The notes: generated by a model not told the origin, from the sequence alone. Positions 22,250-35,702 are shown, counted from the first letter of the whole stretch. The stretch is DNA of 61,262 nucleotides, filler included, from Nemertoderma westbladi (GCA_032718475.1; 3 parts of 3 records of this genome joined end to end with filler, not necessarily neighbours in it); one strand, 5' to 3'. Numbers and translations: made by a program.

Positions 22250-23060
22250 ACTGGGCAGTCTCTAGAGAAACGGGTTATTATCCAATTTAATTGTGGACAC
22301 CTCCAATGTTATATAGTGTCTGGTTGGAGATGTGTGCATTGTACTTGACACAATGAACCCGGCGTAGCAGCATTCTTGTGAATGTGCCATCCAGAGATTT
22401 GGTGTCCTCAGCAGTTAGAGCCCAGCATGGACTCCACTAGAGGAGTACTGGAACTACTGCTGCTCAAAATAATCGGACCTTAAGTTTCCGATTAATTATC
22501 GGTGACTTCCAAATCCTGGAAAGCCTATTCAAGGCTGCCCATATGCCTTTCCCTTACGTATTCGAAGGTCCTCACCTGACTTCCGGATCCATGATCCCAG
22601 GTAACAGAAGTCATCCACGTGCTCAAGCATACCATCCTTTGAGCTTATGCTCATCCGATCAGAGACTTGCTGAGGACTTTCAGAGTTAACTGTCAAAATG
22701 TTGGTCTTTCTGGAGTTCATAAAAAGACCAACACTAGAAGCAGCATTTTCTAATGAGCAGAGGAGCCGTTAGGCACCCTCTAGTGATTCTGACAGTACTC
22801 CTAAGTCATCAGCAAAGTCTAGATCAGTTAGGTACTTGGCAGGATTTCCTCGACTTCTGGATCCAGTAGGTGGAGTTAACATCACCCCATTATCATTATG
22901 ATGATCTAAGGACATGCGTAGAACATAGTCAACCACAATTATGAACAAGAATGGTGCAAGTGTGTCTCCCTGGAGGACGCCCCATAACACTTCAAATGGT
23001 TCTGTGTCACCATCAACAGTAGACACAAATAATAAACCTCGTGATGAGAGAATATGCGAA
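22250..23060 (-). mobile_element. RTE-type LINE reverse transcriptase fragment
   Basis: GVLQGDTLAPFLFIIVVDY, DLDFADDL and VDDFCYLGSWI, with stops and frameshifts. Confidence 0.85.
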
Positions 23061-23559
23061 ATGTATGACAACCATTTAATTGAAGACAATTAACATATTC
23101 TATTGATCTGTCCTGCGTAGAGTAATTTACGGGATTTGTGGCTCTATCCTGTTTGGTGGCCTCCAGTCTATTCAGAGTTCCGTTAGGTCTATACATCTGA
23201 CTGTTGGTTCTCAATTAAATTTGGTTTTAAATCTGGTTTTCTATTCTACAACATTCCTCACGTTTATTGTTTTGGTTCCTTTCAACAGCAAGACGGCACT
23301 AGCCTGGCTATTAGTCTTCTGTGGTGGTCGTCTCACACTATAAATTTTTTTCTTTCTTTTTTTTAAATATTGGTTAAATTTTATTAGTTAATGTTGTTAA
23401 TATGTATTTAATATGTAACCAGCAGAAAGAAATAAATGTCAAGTATCAAGTATCTGTAACCTGCCCCTTTACTAACCTGCCTGGTTTTGTTGGCCCCCAA
23501 ACAGGATAATCCCGTATTTTGGAAATCTGCATCGCAAGCCTCCCTCGCTCAATTTATAT

Positions 23560-23770
23560 TGCCGCTTATTATTAACTCTGAATAGCAAAGGATGCGGTTC
23601 TACAACTGGGAAGATTCATTCTGGAATCGGAAAGAATGAGATCAGTATGCTATGGATATGGAACGTGTGGAAGTCATGATATGGAACGAATTACCTGTAA
23701 AAGTAGTTACTCCCCCAATATAAATGTTTTTAAAAGTCGGGTAAAAGATATTGATATTTTAAAATATTGT
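23560..23770 (+). mobile_element. Possible CR1/L2 3'-end remnant
   Basis: A WNELP..NVFKSRVK-like C-terminal motif, followed by an AT-rich tail. Confidence 0.4.
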
Positions 23771-24301
23771 CTGTTTGTTAGAAATTTAGATTAATATCAG
23801 TTCACTTGCCTTATTTTATTTTTACTTTATTCGGTTATATTTTATATAAGTTTATACTGTATTAATGATTATGATTAGTATTTTTAATGATTGAACTATG
23901 TATATTTTGTTTGTCTATTTCTATTTAATGTATAATTGTCATCAGTTAGTGTTTTTGTAAACCTTGATGATGTTCTCCCTTGTTTTTAAATATTTTATTT
24001 AATAAAAGGTGAAATATAATAATAGTCCAGCAGTCTGTGCTTGAGGCTAGGCATAGGTGATAGGCCTATGTCAACAGTCGGCCAACCTTGTTTGTCAGCC
24101 TAAATCTGTAAATCAATACAGCAATACTGCAATAGGCCTACCGATACCGATAAATCAAATGCTAAATCTCGTGGATGTGTTACCGGCAACTGAAGGTGAA
24201 GGTGGAAGGTCACCGTGGAGTGGACTCTTAGTCTAGCTCTATACATTCTGACATTCGACATATCTTCCAACTGAGTACCGGTACAGCAGTAGGGAATAAC
24301 G

Positions 24302-24423
24302 ATGGAAGTTGTTGCTGAATGGTGGAAAACTCCACAGGCGGAGGAAGTCCATGAATTCTATAGAGGAATGGAGCAGAAACTTGATACTTATCGTGGTTCA
24401 TCGAAACAGATAGCGAGTCGAAG
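24302..24423 (+). CDS. CCNJ: Cyclin J coding exon 1
   Basis: MEVVAEWWKTPQAEEVHEFYRGMEQKLDTYRGSSKQIASR resembles the cyclin J N-terminus. Phase-2 donor AAG|GTTGTA. Not in the ORF track. Confidence 0.85.
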
Positions 24424-26131
24424 GTTGTATTCTTGTTAGAGCAGTAGATTAGCTGGTTGTTGAGTTATCAGGTTATGAGTTGTAGCTGTAGTGTAGGTCT
24501 AGCAGGCCTACTGTCTCACTGTTGTAGAGTCTAGTCAATTTTTAGTAGGGCTAACCGTACTGTTTACCGTTTTATTGGTCAGTCAGTCAGTTAAAAGATC
24601 TATTTTCTCACTTTTTATTTTACTGACTTACGGCAGTACCGGTACCGGCAGACCGGTAAGATTTGATGTGCAATGTCCATTTGTGATGATGATGTCCAAT
24701 TGTAATAATTGTAATAATGTGTAATAATACACTATAAAACTGTAACCTTTTCTATTGTGTTTAGTTTATTGTTTTGGTTAAATAAACGTGCCACTGTCAC
24801 CTGCTCCTTTTTCCGGGCGTGATTTTGCATGGGGAGTGAAAATTCTCTGTTACACCGGTTTAACCAGTATTGGTGTACAGGCAGACAGGTGTATAAACAC
24901 AACCTGACCCTGACAACAGCTTCCATTAGAGATGTAGTCTCAGACCACAGACCAAGGCGACCTTTACTAACGTTAGTAAAGGTCGCCTTGCCACAGACTG
25001 ACAGACTCATGTTGGCAACATTTTTAAAAATTTTTTCATTAACATTTTTTCTACTGACTGTCTGACCATATGGTTTCCCTCAATTGGTAAAGTGATCGTT
25101 TATTGTTTTGGTTAGAAAAGCCCGTCTGTGTAACCTTCTCTTTTCCCTCAATTGGTAAAGTGGCTGTTTATTGTTTTGGTTAGAAAAGCCTGCCTATGTA
25201 ACCTGCTCCTTTCCCTACAAAATGGTGAAATTAATTTGCATGCTTTGTATTGTTTAATATTACCCAAACTTTCGTGTCTGCGAGGCGTACTCCAAAACGG
25301 AACCCAATATCCAATATTGGTTTATGTAGATAACAGCTCTCTAGTTTAGGGTTTTTAAAAACAAATGTTTTTTTGTTTTTTTTTATTTATAAGAAACACT
25401 TGTTTTATTCTTAAATTATTACTTTTTCGCTCAAATTTACTTTATTTTCCCTAGGGAAATAAAGTAACCGATAGGATTGCATTGATTTTACTATTTTCCC
25501 GGCGAAAAAAAGTAAAATAAAATATTTTTGGTGGAATTTCTTAAATATTATTAAATGTGTTAAAAGAAAATCGACGTAGAAAAGGTTTGTACGTAAATTG
25601 AGCAAAATCCATGCATGCGCTCAATAGTTATTACAACTTTAGTGTCTGCAAGGCGAACTCCAAAACGGAACTCAATATCCAATATTAGTTTATGTTGTTA
25701 AGCGGCTCTCTAGTTACGTAATAAATATTCGAGAACATATAAATGATTTAACATTGAGTAAGGCAGCATTAGGAGTTGATGGGATGGGTACAGTAATTTA
25801 AATTGTAGTACCGGTAACTATGGAAGCAATATAGTTAAATACTATAGTTCAATTTATTTTGTACCACTATATATATCGCTGTACGTTTTATTAAAGAATT
25901 AAGCAACAAAAGAGTCCCAAATTAACAATAAAATTATTTATTACATGAGAAAAAAACGTTGAACAATTTTTTTTCAATATTCTCTCGACCCTTTATTAAC
26001 CTCGCGGACGCTCGGTAAATAAAATGCCTCGAGAATAATGAAAAAAAAGTTCTACTTTTTTCCCATGTAATAAATACTTATTTTTATATGTTTATCTTTT
26101 GTTTTTATTATTTGGACCTACCGGTAGTTTG

Positions 26132-28100
26132 AGCACAAAAAAGCACATCAGACTATGTAGCTCTCTAAAAACCAGCACAAAAAAGCACTATCAGACTATA
26201 TAGCTCTCTAAAAACCAGCACAAAAAAGCACTATCAGACTATATAGCTCTCTAAAAACCAGCACAAAAAAGCACATCAGACTATGTAGCTCTCTAAAAAC
26301 CAGCACAAAAAAGCACATCAGACTATATAGCTCTCTAAAAACCAGCACAAAAAAGCACTATCAGACTATATAGCTCTCTAAAAACCAGCACAAAAAAGCA
26401 CTATCAGACTATATAGCTCTCTAAAAACCAGCACAAAAAGGCACTATCAGACTATATAGCTCTCTAAAAACCAGCACAAAAAGGCACTATCAGACTATAT
26501 AGCTCTCTAAAAACCAGCACAAAAAGGCACTATCAGACTATATAGCTCTCTAAAAACCAGCACAAAAAAGCACATCAGACTATGTAGCTCTCTAAAAACC
26601 AGCACAAAAAAGCACTATCAGACTATATAGCTCTCTAAAAACCAGCACAAAAAAGCACATCAGACTATGTAGCTCTCTAAAAACCAGCACAAAAAAGCAC
26701 TATCAGACTATATAGCTCTCTAAAAACCAGCACAAAAAAGCACATCAGACTATGTAGCTCTCTAAAAACCAGCACAAAAAAGCACATCAGACTATGTAGC
26801 TCTCTAAAAACCAGCACAAAAAGGCACTATCAGACTATATAGCTCTCTAAAAACCAGCACAAAAAAGCACTATCAGACTATATAGCTCTCTAAAAACCAG
26901 CACAAAAAAGCACATCAGACTATGTAGCTCTCTAAAAACCAGCACAAAAAAGCACATCAGACTATATAGCTCTCTAAAAACCAGCACAAAAAAGCACTAT
27001 CAGACTATATAGCTCTCTAAAAACCAGCACAAAAAAGCACTATCAGACTATATAGCTCTCTAAAAACCAGCACAAAAAGGCACTATCAGACTATATAGCT
27101 CTCTAAAAACCAGCACAAAAAGGCACTATCAGACTATATAGCTCTCTAAAAACCAGCACAAAAAGGCACTATCAGACTATATAGCTCTCTAAAAACCAGC
27201 ACAAAAAAGCACATCAGACTATGTAGCTCTCTAAAAACCAGCACAAAAAAGCACTATCAGACTATATAGCTCTCTAAAAACCAGCACAAAAAAGCACATC
27301 AGACTATGTAGCTCTCTAAAAACCAGCACAAAAAAGCACTATCAGACTATATAGCTCTCTAAAAACCAGCACAAAAAAGCACATCAGACTATGTAGCTCT
27401 CTAAAAACCAGCACAAAAAAGCACATCAGACTATGTAGCTCTCTAAAAACCAGCACAAAAAAGCACTATCAGACTATATAGCTCTCTAAAAACCAGCACA
27501 AAAAAGCACATCAGACTATGTAGCTCTCTAAAAACCAGCACAAAAAAGCACATCAGACTATGTAGCTCTCTAAAAACCAGCACAAAAAAGCACATCAGAC
27601 TATGTAGCTCTCTAAAAACCAGCACAAAAAAGCACATCAGACTATGTAGCTCTCTAAAAACCAGCACAAAAAAGCACATCAGACTATATAGCTCTCTAAA
27701 AACCAGCACAAAAAAGCACTATCAGACTATATAGCTCTCTAAAAACCAGCACAAAAAAGCACATCAGACTATGTAGCTCTCTAAAAACCAGCACAAAAAA
27801 GCACATCAGACTATATAGCTCTCTAAAAACCAGCACAAAAAAGCACTATCAGACTATATAGCTCTCTAAAAACCAGCACAAAAAAGCACATCAGACTATA
27901 TAGCTCTCTAAAAACCAGCACAAAAAAGCACTATCAGACTATATAGCTCTCTAAAAACCAGCACAAAAAGGCACTATCAGACTATATAGCTCTCTAAAAA
28001 CCAGCACAAAAAGGCACTATCAGACTATATAGCTCTCTAAAAACCAGCACAAAAAGGCACTATCAGACTATATAGCTCTCTAAAAACCAGCACAAAAAAG
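26132..28100. repeat. 42/43-bp minisatellite in Cyclin J intron 1, about 46 copies
   Basis: Unit AGCACAAAAAAGCAC(T)ATCAGACTAT(G/A)TAGCTCTCTAAAAACC. Confidence 0.97.
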
Positions 28101-29204
28101 TTGGCCTACTATCCTATAGTTCACAAAAAAAACAGCACAAAAACGTTTGGGCACGAAAAGATAGAAAAGCACAATAGGCATAGTTCATTATGTAGTACAT
28201 AAGGTCTCAATTTATTAGTCATGTTCTCGACTATTCTTGAGATCTTGACTATTCCCCAATCCAGATCAGTCTCCTCACAACCGTTCTCATCCTCATCACG
28301 CACCTCATTGTTCTGCTTACCACTCCAGTCGGCGAAAAGTTCAAATTCAAACTGATTTAAAACGTTTTTCTAATTTCAACTCTAAAATGGCTGAAGGCCC
28401 CCAATGTGTTACAGAATGGGTGTTTTTATTGTTTTTATGGATGTAGCTCGAAAAATAAACCCTCATTACCGATGGAATAAAAACTTTCACCTTTCTTTGG
28501 CTATATTTTTTTAAAATTTATGTGAATTAACATTTTGAAATTAGCTGAAATACTACTGGAATATATTCGACCTATTAAATTACCGCTGTAAGTCAAAATT
28601 ATTATATAATGGAATAATGGATTCCCTGAATGGGATTCTACCGCACTATTTCCAACAGTCCAAACTCTAAACCTACTCCAAAAGTTCAGTATAAACAAGT
28701 TGAATTAAAAAAAGGTCGAATTTTCAACCCAGTTGAAAATATAAATTCTCCTCGACTGCAGCACTCCCCCCCCCCCCCCCCCCCCCCCTTAGTCCTCCTC
28801 GCCACTCCACACTCTCCTCATGGCCATCTTCCTTTAAAATAAAAAAATAAAATAAAATTACGTATTACATGGGAAAAACACATTGAACATTTTTATAAAT
28901 ATTCTCTCGATGTAATAAATAATTATTATTTTGGATTACCTACAACCTCACCACTCCATCGTCATCGGTAGACCTACCAACAAAACAAACCAATTGAAGA
29001 CTATCTAAACTCTGCCTCACCTAGTCTCATCACTAGGCCTCATCGGCCAACTCTGTTTCAGATTTCAACGCGATTTGTTTATGTTGTGTAGCAACTAGCA
29101 ACCATATAGGTCCTTTGTTAATATTATTTATATTATATAAATAAATTGTTTCCTTTTTCATTGAAACGCGGAACAATTTACCACAACATATTTATCTGTT
29201 TTAG

Positions 29205-29362
29205 GTTTCTAGTTGATTGGATCAGCACAATATGTGAGAAAAGAAATATCAACTCGAACGGCCACCAACTGGCTGTTTATCTTTTAGACAACATTATGGA
29301 CACCTGTGAGATACAGGAGGCTCATCTGCATCTTGTCGCTGTCTGTTGTCTGTCTATCGCCT
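29205..29362 (+). CDS. CCNJ: Cyclin J coding exon 2 (cyclin box)
   Basis: Acceptor TTTTAG|G, then FLVDWIS..HQLAVYLLDNIMD..LHLVAVCCLSIA. Donor CCT|GTTAGT. Phases fit exons 1 and 3. Confidence 0.9.
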
Positions 29363-32300
29363 GTTAGTACTGAGAGCTGGTCGCTGTCTGTTGTCTGTCT
29401 ATCGCCTGTTAGTACTGAGAGCTGGTCGCTGTCTGTTGTCTGTCTATCGCCTGTTAGTACTGAGAGCTGGTCGCTGTCTGTTGTCTGTCTATTGCCTGTT
29501 AGTACTGAGAGCTGGTCGCTGTCTGTTGTCTGTCTATCACCTGTTAGTACTGACAGCTGGTCGCTGTCTGTTGTCTGTCTATCGTCTGTTAGTACTGAGA
29601 GCTGGTCGCTGTATGTTGTCTGTCTATCACCTGTTAGTACTGACAGCTGGTCGCTGTCTGTTGTCTGTCTATCGCCTGTTAGTACTGAGAGCTGGTCGCT
29701 GTCTGTTGTCTGTCTATCGTCTGTTAGTACTGAGAGCTGGTCGCTGTCTGTTGTCTGTCTATCGTCTGTTAGTACTGAGAGCTGGTCGCTGTCTGTTGTC
29801 TGTCTATCGTCTGTTAGTACTGAGAGCTGGTCGCTGTCTGTTGTCTGTCTATCGTCTGTTAGTACTGAGAGCTGGTCGCTGTCTGTTGTCTGTCTATCGT
29901 CTGTTAGTACTGAGAGCTGGTCGCTGTCTGTTGTCTGTCTATCGTCTGTTAGTACTGACAGCTGGTCGCTGTCTGTTGTCTGTCTACCGTTTGTTAGTAC
30001 TGAGAGCTGGTCGCTGTCTGTTGTCTGTCTATCGTCTGTTAGTACTGAGAGCTGGTCGCTGTCTGTTGTCTGTCTATCGCCTGTTAGTACTGAGAGCTGG
30101 TCGCTGTCTGTTGTCTGTCTATCGTCTCTTAGTACTGAGAGCTGGTCGCTGTCTGTTGTCTGTCTATCGTCTGTTAGTACTGAGAGCTGGTCGCTGTCTG
30201 TTGTCTGTCTATCGCCTGTTAGTACTGAGAGCTGGTCGCTGTCTGTTGTCTGTCTATCGTCTGTTAGTACTGAGAGCTGGTCGCTGTCTGTTGTCTGTCT
30301 ATCGTCTGTTAGTACTGAGAGCTGGTCGCTGTCTGTTGTCTGTCTATCGCCTGTTAGTACTGAGAGCTGGTCGCTGTCTGTTGTCTGTCTATCGTCTGTT
30401 AGTACTGAGAGCTGGTCGCTGTCTGTTGTCTGTCTATCACCTGTTAGTACTGACAGCTGGTCGCTGTCTGTTGTCTGTCTATCGCCTGTTAGTACTGAGA
30501 GCTGGTCGCTGTCTGTTGTCTGTCTATCGTCTGTTAGTACTGAGAGCTGGTCGCTGTCTGTTGTCTGTCTATTGCCTGTTAGTACTGAGAGCTGGTCGCT
30601 GTCTGTTGTCTGTCTATCACCTGTTAGTACTGACAGCTGGTCGCTGTCTGTTGTCTGTCTATCGTCTGTTAGTACTGAGAGCTGGTCGCTGTCTGTTGTC
30701 TGTCTATCACCTGTTAGTACTGACAGCTGGTCGCTGTCTGTTGTCTGTCTATCGCCTGTTAGTACTGAGAGCTGGTCGCTGTCTGTTGTCTGTCTATCGT
30801 CTGTTAGTACTGAGAGCTGGTCGCTGTCTGTTGTCTGTCTATCGTCTGTTAGTACTGAGAGCTGGTCGCTGTCTGTTGTCTGTCTATCGTCTGTTAGTAC
30901 TGAGAGCTGGTCGCTGTCTGTTGTCTGTCTATCGTCTGTTAGTACTGAGAGCTGGTCGCTGTCTGTTGTCTGTCTATCGTCTGTTAGTACTGAGAGCTGG
31001 TCGCTGTCTGTTGTCTGTCTATCGTCTGTTAGTACTGACAGCTGGTCGCTGTCTGTTGTCTGTCTACCGTTTGTTAGTACTGAGAGCTGGTCGCTGTCTG
31101 TTGTCTGTCTATCGTCTGTTAGTACTGAGAGCTGGTCGCTGTCTGTTGTCTGTCTATCGCCTGTTAGTACTGAGAGCTGGTCGCTGTCTGTTGTCTGTCT
31201 ATCGTCTCTTAGTACTGAGAGCTGGTCGCTGTCTGTTGTCTGTCTATCGTCTGTTAGTACTGAGAGCTGGTCGCTGTCTGTTGTCTGTCTATCGCCTGTT
31301 AGTACTGAGAGCTGGTCGCTGTCTGTTGTCTGTCTATCGTCTGTTAGTACTGAGAGCTGGTCGCTGTCTGTTGTCTGTCTATCGTCTGTTAGTACTGAGA
31401 GCTGGTCGCTGTCTGTTGTCTGTCTATCACCTGTTAGTACTGACAGCTGGTCGCTGTCTGTTGTCTGTCTATCGCCTGTTAGTACTGAGAGCTGGTCGCT
31501 GTCTGTTGTCTGTCTATCGTCTGTTAGTACTGAGAGCTGGTCGCTGTCTGTTGTCTGTCTATCGCCTGTTAGTACTGAGAGCTGGTCGCTGTCTGTTGTC
31601 TGTCTATCACCTGTTAGTACTGAGAGCTGGTCGCTGTCTGTTGTCTGTCTATCGCCTGTTAGTACTGAGAGCTGGTCGCTGTCTGTTGTCTGTCTATCGT
31701 CTGTTAGTACTGAGAGCTGGTCGCTGTCTGTTGTCTGTCTATCGTCTGTTAGTACTGAGAGCTGGTCGCTGTCTGTTGTCTGTCTATCGCCTGTTAGTAC
31801 TGAGAGCTGGTCGCTGTCTGTTGTCTGTCTATCGTCTGTTAGTACTGAGAGCTGGTCGCTGTCTGTTGTCTGTCTATCACCTGTTAGTACTGACAGCTGG
31901 TCGCTGTCTGTTGTCTGTCTATCACCTCTTAGTACTGAGAGCTGGTCGCTGTCTGTTGTCTGTCTATCGTCTGTTAGTACTGAGAGCTGGTCGCTGTCTG
32001 TTGTCTGTCTATCGCCTGTTAGTACTGAGAGCTGGTCGCTGTCTGTTGTCTGTCTATCGTCTGTTAGTACTGAGAGCTGGTCGCTGTCTGTTGTCTGTCT
32101 ATCGCCTGTTAGTACTGAGAGCTGGTCGCTGTCTGTTGTCTGTCTATCGTCTGTTAGTACTGAGAGCTGGTCGCTGTCTGTTGTCTGTCTATCGCCTGTT
32201 AGTACTGAGAGCTGGTCGCTGTCTGTTGTCTGTCTATCGTCTGTTAGTACTGAGAGCTGGTCGCTGTCTGTTGTCTGTCTATCGCCTGTTAGTACTGAGA

Positions 32301-33277
32301 GCTGGTCGCTGTCTGTTGTCTGTCTATCGTCTGTTAGTACTGAGAGCTGGTCGCTGTCTGTTTTCTGTCTATCGCCTGTTAGTACTGAGAGCTGGTCGCT
32401 GTCTGTTGTCTGTCTATCGCCTGTTAGTACTGAGAGCTGGTCGCTATCTGTTGTCTGTCTATCGCCTGTTAGTACTGAGAGCTGGTCGCTGTCTGTTGTC
32501 TGTCTATCGTCTGTTAGTACTGAGAGCTGGTCGCTGTCTGTTGTCTGTCTATCGCCTGTTAGTACTGAGAGCTGGTCGCTGTCTTTTGTCTGTCTATCAC
32601 CTGTTAGTACTGACAGCTGGTCGCTGTCTGTTGTCTGTCTATCGCCTGTTAGTACTGAGAGCTGGTCGCTGTCTGTTGTCTGTCTATCGTCTGTTAGTAC
32701 TGAGAGCTGGTCGCTGTCTGTTGTCTGTCTATCGCCTGTTAGTACTGAGAGCTGGTCGCTGTCTGTTGTCTGTCTATCGTCTGTTAGTACTGAGAGCTGG
32801 TCGCTGTCTGTTGTCTGTCTATCGTCTGTTAGTACTGAGAGCTGGTCGCTGTCTGTTGTCTGTCTATCGCCTGTTAGTACTGAGAGCTGGTCGCTGTCTG
32901 TTGTCTGTCTATCGTCTGTTAGTACTGAGAGCTGGTCGCTGTCTGTTGTCTGTCTATCGTCTGTTAGTACTGAGAGCTGGTCGCTGTCTGTTGTCTGTCT
33001 ATCGTCTGTTAGTACTGAGAGCTGGTCGCTGTCTGTTGTCTGTCTATCGCCTGTTAGTACTGAGAGCTGGTCGCTGTCTGTTGTCTGTCTATCGCCTGTT
33101 AGTACTGAGAGCTGGTCGCTGTCTGTTGTCTGTCTATCGCCTGTTAGTACTGAGAGCTGGTCGCTGTCTGTTGTCTGTCTATCGCCTGTTAGTACTGAGA
33201 GCTGGTCGCTGTCTGTTGTCTGTCTACCGTCTGTTAGTACTGAGAGCTGGTCGCTGTCTGTTGTCTGTCTAACGTCT
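29335..33277. repeat. 45-bp tandem array made of the exon 2/intron 2 junction, about 87 copies
   Basis: Unit GTCGCTGTCTGTTGTCTGTCTATCGCCT|GTTAGTACTGAGAGCTG (28 nt exon + 17 nt intron). Confidence 0.97.
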
Positions 33278-33329
33278 ATCGTCTGTCTATTGTCCGAATA
33301 TTTTCTATTTAATTTAAATATCCTTTCAG

Positions 33330-33614
33330 GTAAATACGAAGAGCGTGAAGTGAACATTCCGAGTGTGAACGCACTCAACTGCCACCTCAATAAACCCTAC
33401 CGCCATCAGGATTACCTGAAGATGGAACTCATCCTGCTAGAGGCGCTGCATTGGAACGTTTCCGTGGCAACCCCCTCCCATTTCGCCTTCTTTTACGCCA
33501 GAGACGGGGCGACTACAGACGACCTTAGCGGTAATCTCAACAAGTACAGCATCGAAGATATCCGTCAGTATGTAGACAGATATGTCTCTTACTTCCTGGA
33601 AGTCTCTCTTCAGG
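33330..33614 (+). CDS. CCNJ: Cyclin J coding exon 3
   Basis: Acceptor TTTCAG|GT, then (C)KYEERE..MELILLEALHWNV..YFLEVSLQ. Donor CAGG|GTTAGT. Confidence 0.9.
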
Positions 33615-33815
33615 GTTAGTATAATACATACTTATACGCCCACCGCTGCCATAAACACTTAGCTGCAAACTCAACGTTGTACTTTACTGTGTTGTCATCC
33701 TCGTAGCTTTATTTGCACTCACTCTCTTCGTTCGTTCGTGTACCAACCACTCAGATCGGAGCACTGGAAACTCACAAGTACCGTAATAGTTATACCGGTA
33801 ACTTATTATTTCTAG

Positions 33816-33975
33816 AGATTTGTTACCTGAGATACCGGCCCAGCGTTATTGCTGCGGCCTGTGTGGCCTGCACCCGTTACTGTCTCAACCTACAACCAAC
33901 GTGGACACACAATCTACGTCGTGTTACACGATACTCCCTAAAGGATATGTTCCCTTGTATGGAACATATGATACG
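33816..33975 (+). CDS. CCNJ: Cyclin J coding exon 4
   Basis: Acceptor TTCTAG|AG, then ICYLRYRPSVIAAACVACTRYCLNLQPTW..CMEHMI. Donor ACG|GTTAGT. The gene presumably continues beyond the gap. Confidence 0.88.
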
Positions 33976-35702
33976 GTTAGTGTTCCGTTCCCTTGTATGG
34001 AACATATGATACGGTTAGTGTTCCGTTCCCTTGTATGGAACATATGATACGGTTAGTGTTCCTTTCCTTTGTATGGAACATATGATACGGTTAGTGTTCC
34101 GTTCCCTTGTATGGAACATATGATACGGTTAGTGTTCCGTTCCCTTGTATGGAACATATGATACGGTTAGTGTTCCGTTCCTTGTAGGGAACATATGATA
34201 CGGTTAGTGTTCCGTTCCCTTGTAGGGAACATATGATACGGTTAGTGTTCCGTTCCCTTGTATGGAACATATGATACGGTTAGTGTTCCGTTACCTTGTA
34301 GGGAACATATGATACGGTTGGTGTTCCGTTCCCTTGTAGGGAACATATGATACGGTTAGTGTTCCGTTCCCTTGTATGGAACATATGATACGGTTAGTGT
34401 TCCGTTACCTTGTAGGGAACATATGATACGGTTAGTGTTCCGTTCCTTGTAGGGAACATATGATACGGTTAGTGTTCCGTTCCCTTGTAGGGAACATATG
34501 ATACGGTTAGTGTTCCGTTCCCTTGTATGGAACATATGATACGGTTAGTGTTCCGTTCCTTGTAGGGAACATATGATACGGTTAGTGTTCCGTTCCCTTG
34601 TAGGGAACATATGATACGGTTAGTGTTCCGTTCCCTTGTAGGGAACATATGATACGGTTAGTGTTCCGTTACCTTGTAGGGAACATATGATACGGTTAGT
34701 GTTCCGTTACCTTGTAGGGAACATATGATACGGTTAGTGTTCCGTTCCTTTGTATGGAACATTGATACGGTTAGTGTTCCGTTCCTTTGTAAGGAACATT
34801 GATACGGTTAGTGTTCCGTTACCTTGTAGGGAACATATGATACGGTTAGTGTTCCGTTCCTTTGTAAGGAAGATTGATACGGTTAGTGTTCCGTTCCCTT
34901 GTATGGAACATTGATACGGTTAGTGTTCCGTTCCTTTGTAAGGAACATTGATACGGTTAGTGTTCCGTTACCTTGTAGGGAACATTGATATGGTTAGTGT
35001 TCCGTTCCTTTGTAAGGAACATTGATACGGTTAGTGTTCCGTTCCCTTGTATGGAACATATGATACGGTTAGTGTTCCGTTCCCTTGTATGGAACATATG
35101 ATACGGTTAGTGTTCCGTTCCCTTGTATGGAACATATGATACGGTTAGTGTTCCTTTCCTTTGTATGGAACATATGATACGGTTAGTGTTCCGTTACCTT
35201 GTAGGGAACATATGATACGGTTAGTGTTTCGTTCCCTTGTATGGAACATATGATACGGTTAGTGTTCCGTTCCTTTGTATGGGACATTGATACGGTTAGT
35301 GTTCCGTTCCTTTGTATGGAACATATGATACGGTTAGTGTTCCGTTCCCTTGTATGGAACATATGATACGGTTAGTGTTCCGTTACCTTGTAGGGAACAT
35401 ATGATACGGTTAGTGTTCCGTTCCTTTGTATGGAACATTGATACGGTTAGTGTTCCATTCCTTTGTATGGAACATATGATACGGTTAGTGTTCCGTTACC
35501 TTGTAGGGAACATATGATACGGTTAGTGTTCCGTTCCTTTGTATGGAACATATGATACGGTTAGTGTTCCGTTCCTTTGTATGGAACATTGATACGGTTA
35601 GTGTTCCGTTCCTTTGTAAGGAACATTGATACGGTTAGTGTTCCGTTACCTTGTAGGGAACATATGATACGGTTAGTGTTCCGTTCCTTTGTAAGGAACA
35701 TT
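33949..35702. repeat. 38-bp tandem array made of the exon 4/intron 4 junction, at least 46 copies (runs into the gap)
   Basis: Unit GTTCCCTTGTATGGAACATATGATACG|GTTAGTGTTCC (27 nt exon + 11 nt intron), with 36/37-bp variants. Confidence 0.96.

Noticed and set aside
29284-33619. Three ORFs of 1308-1437 aa
   Set aside because: They are stop-free frames of the 45-bp array inside Cyclin J intron 2. Only the end of the 1437-aa ORF (exon 3) is real coding sequence.
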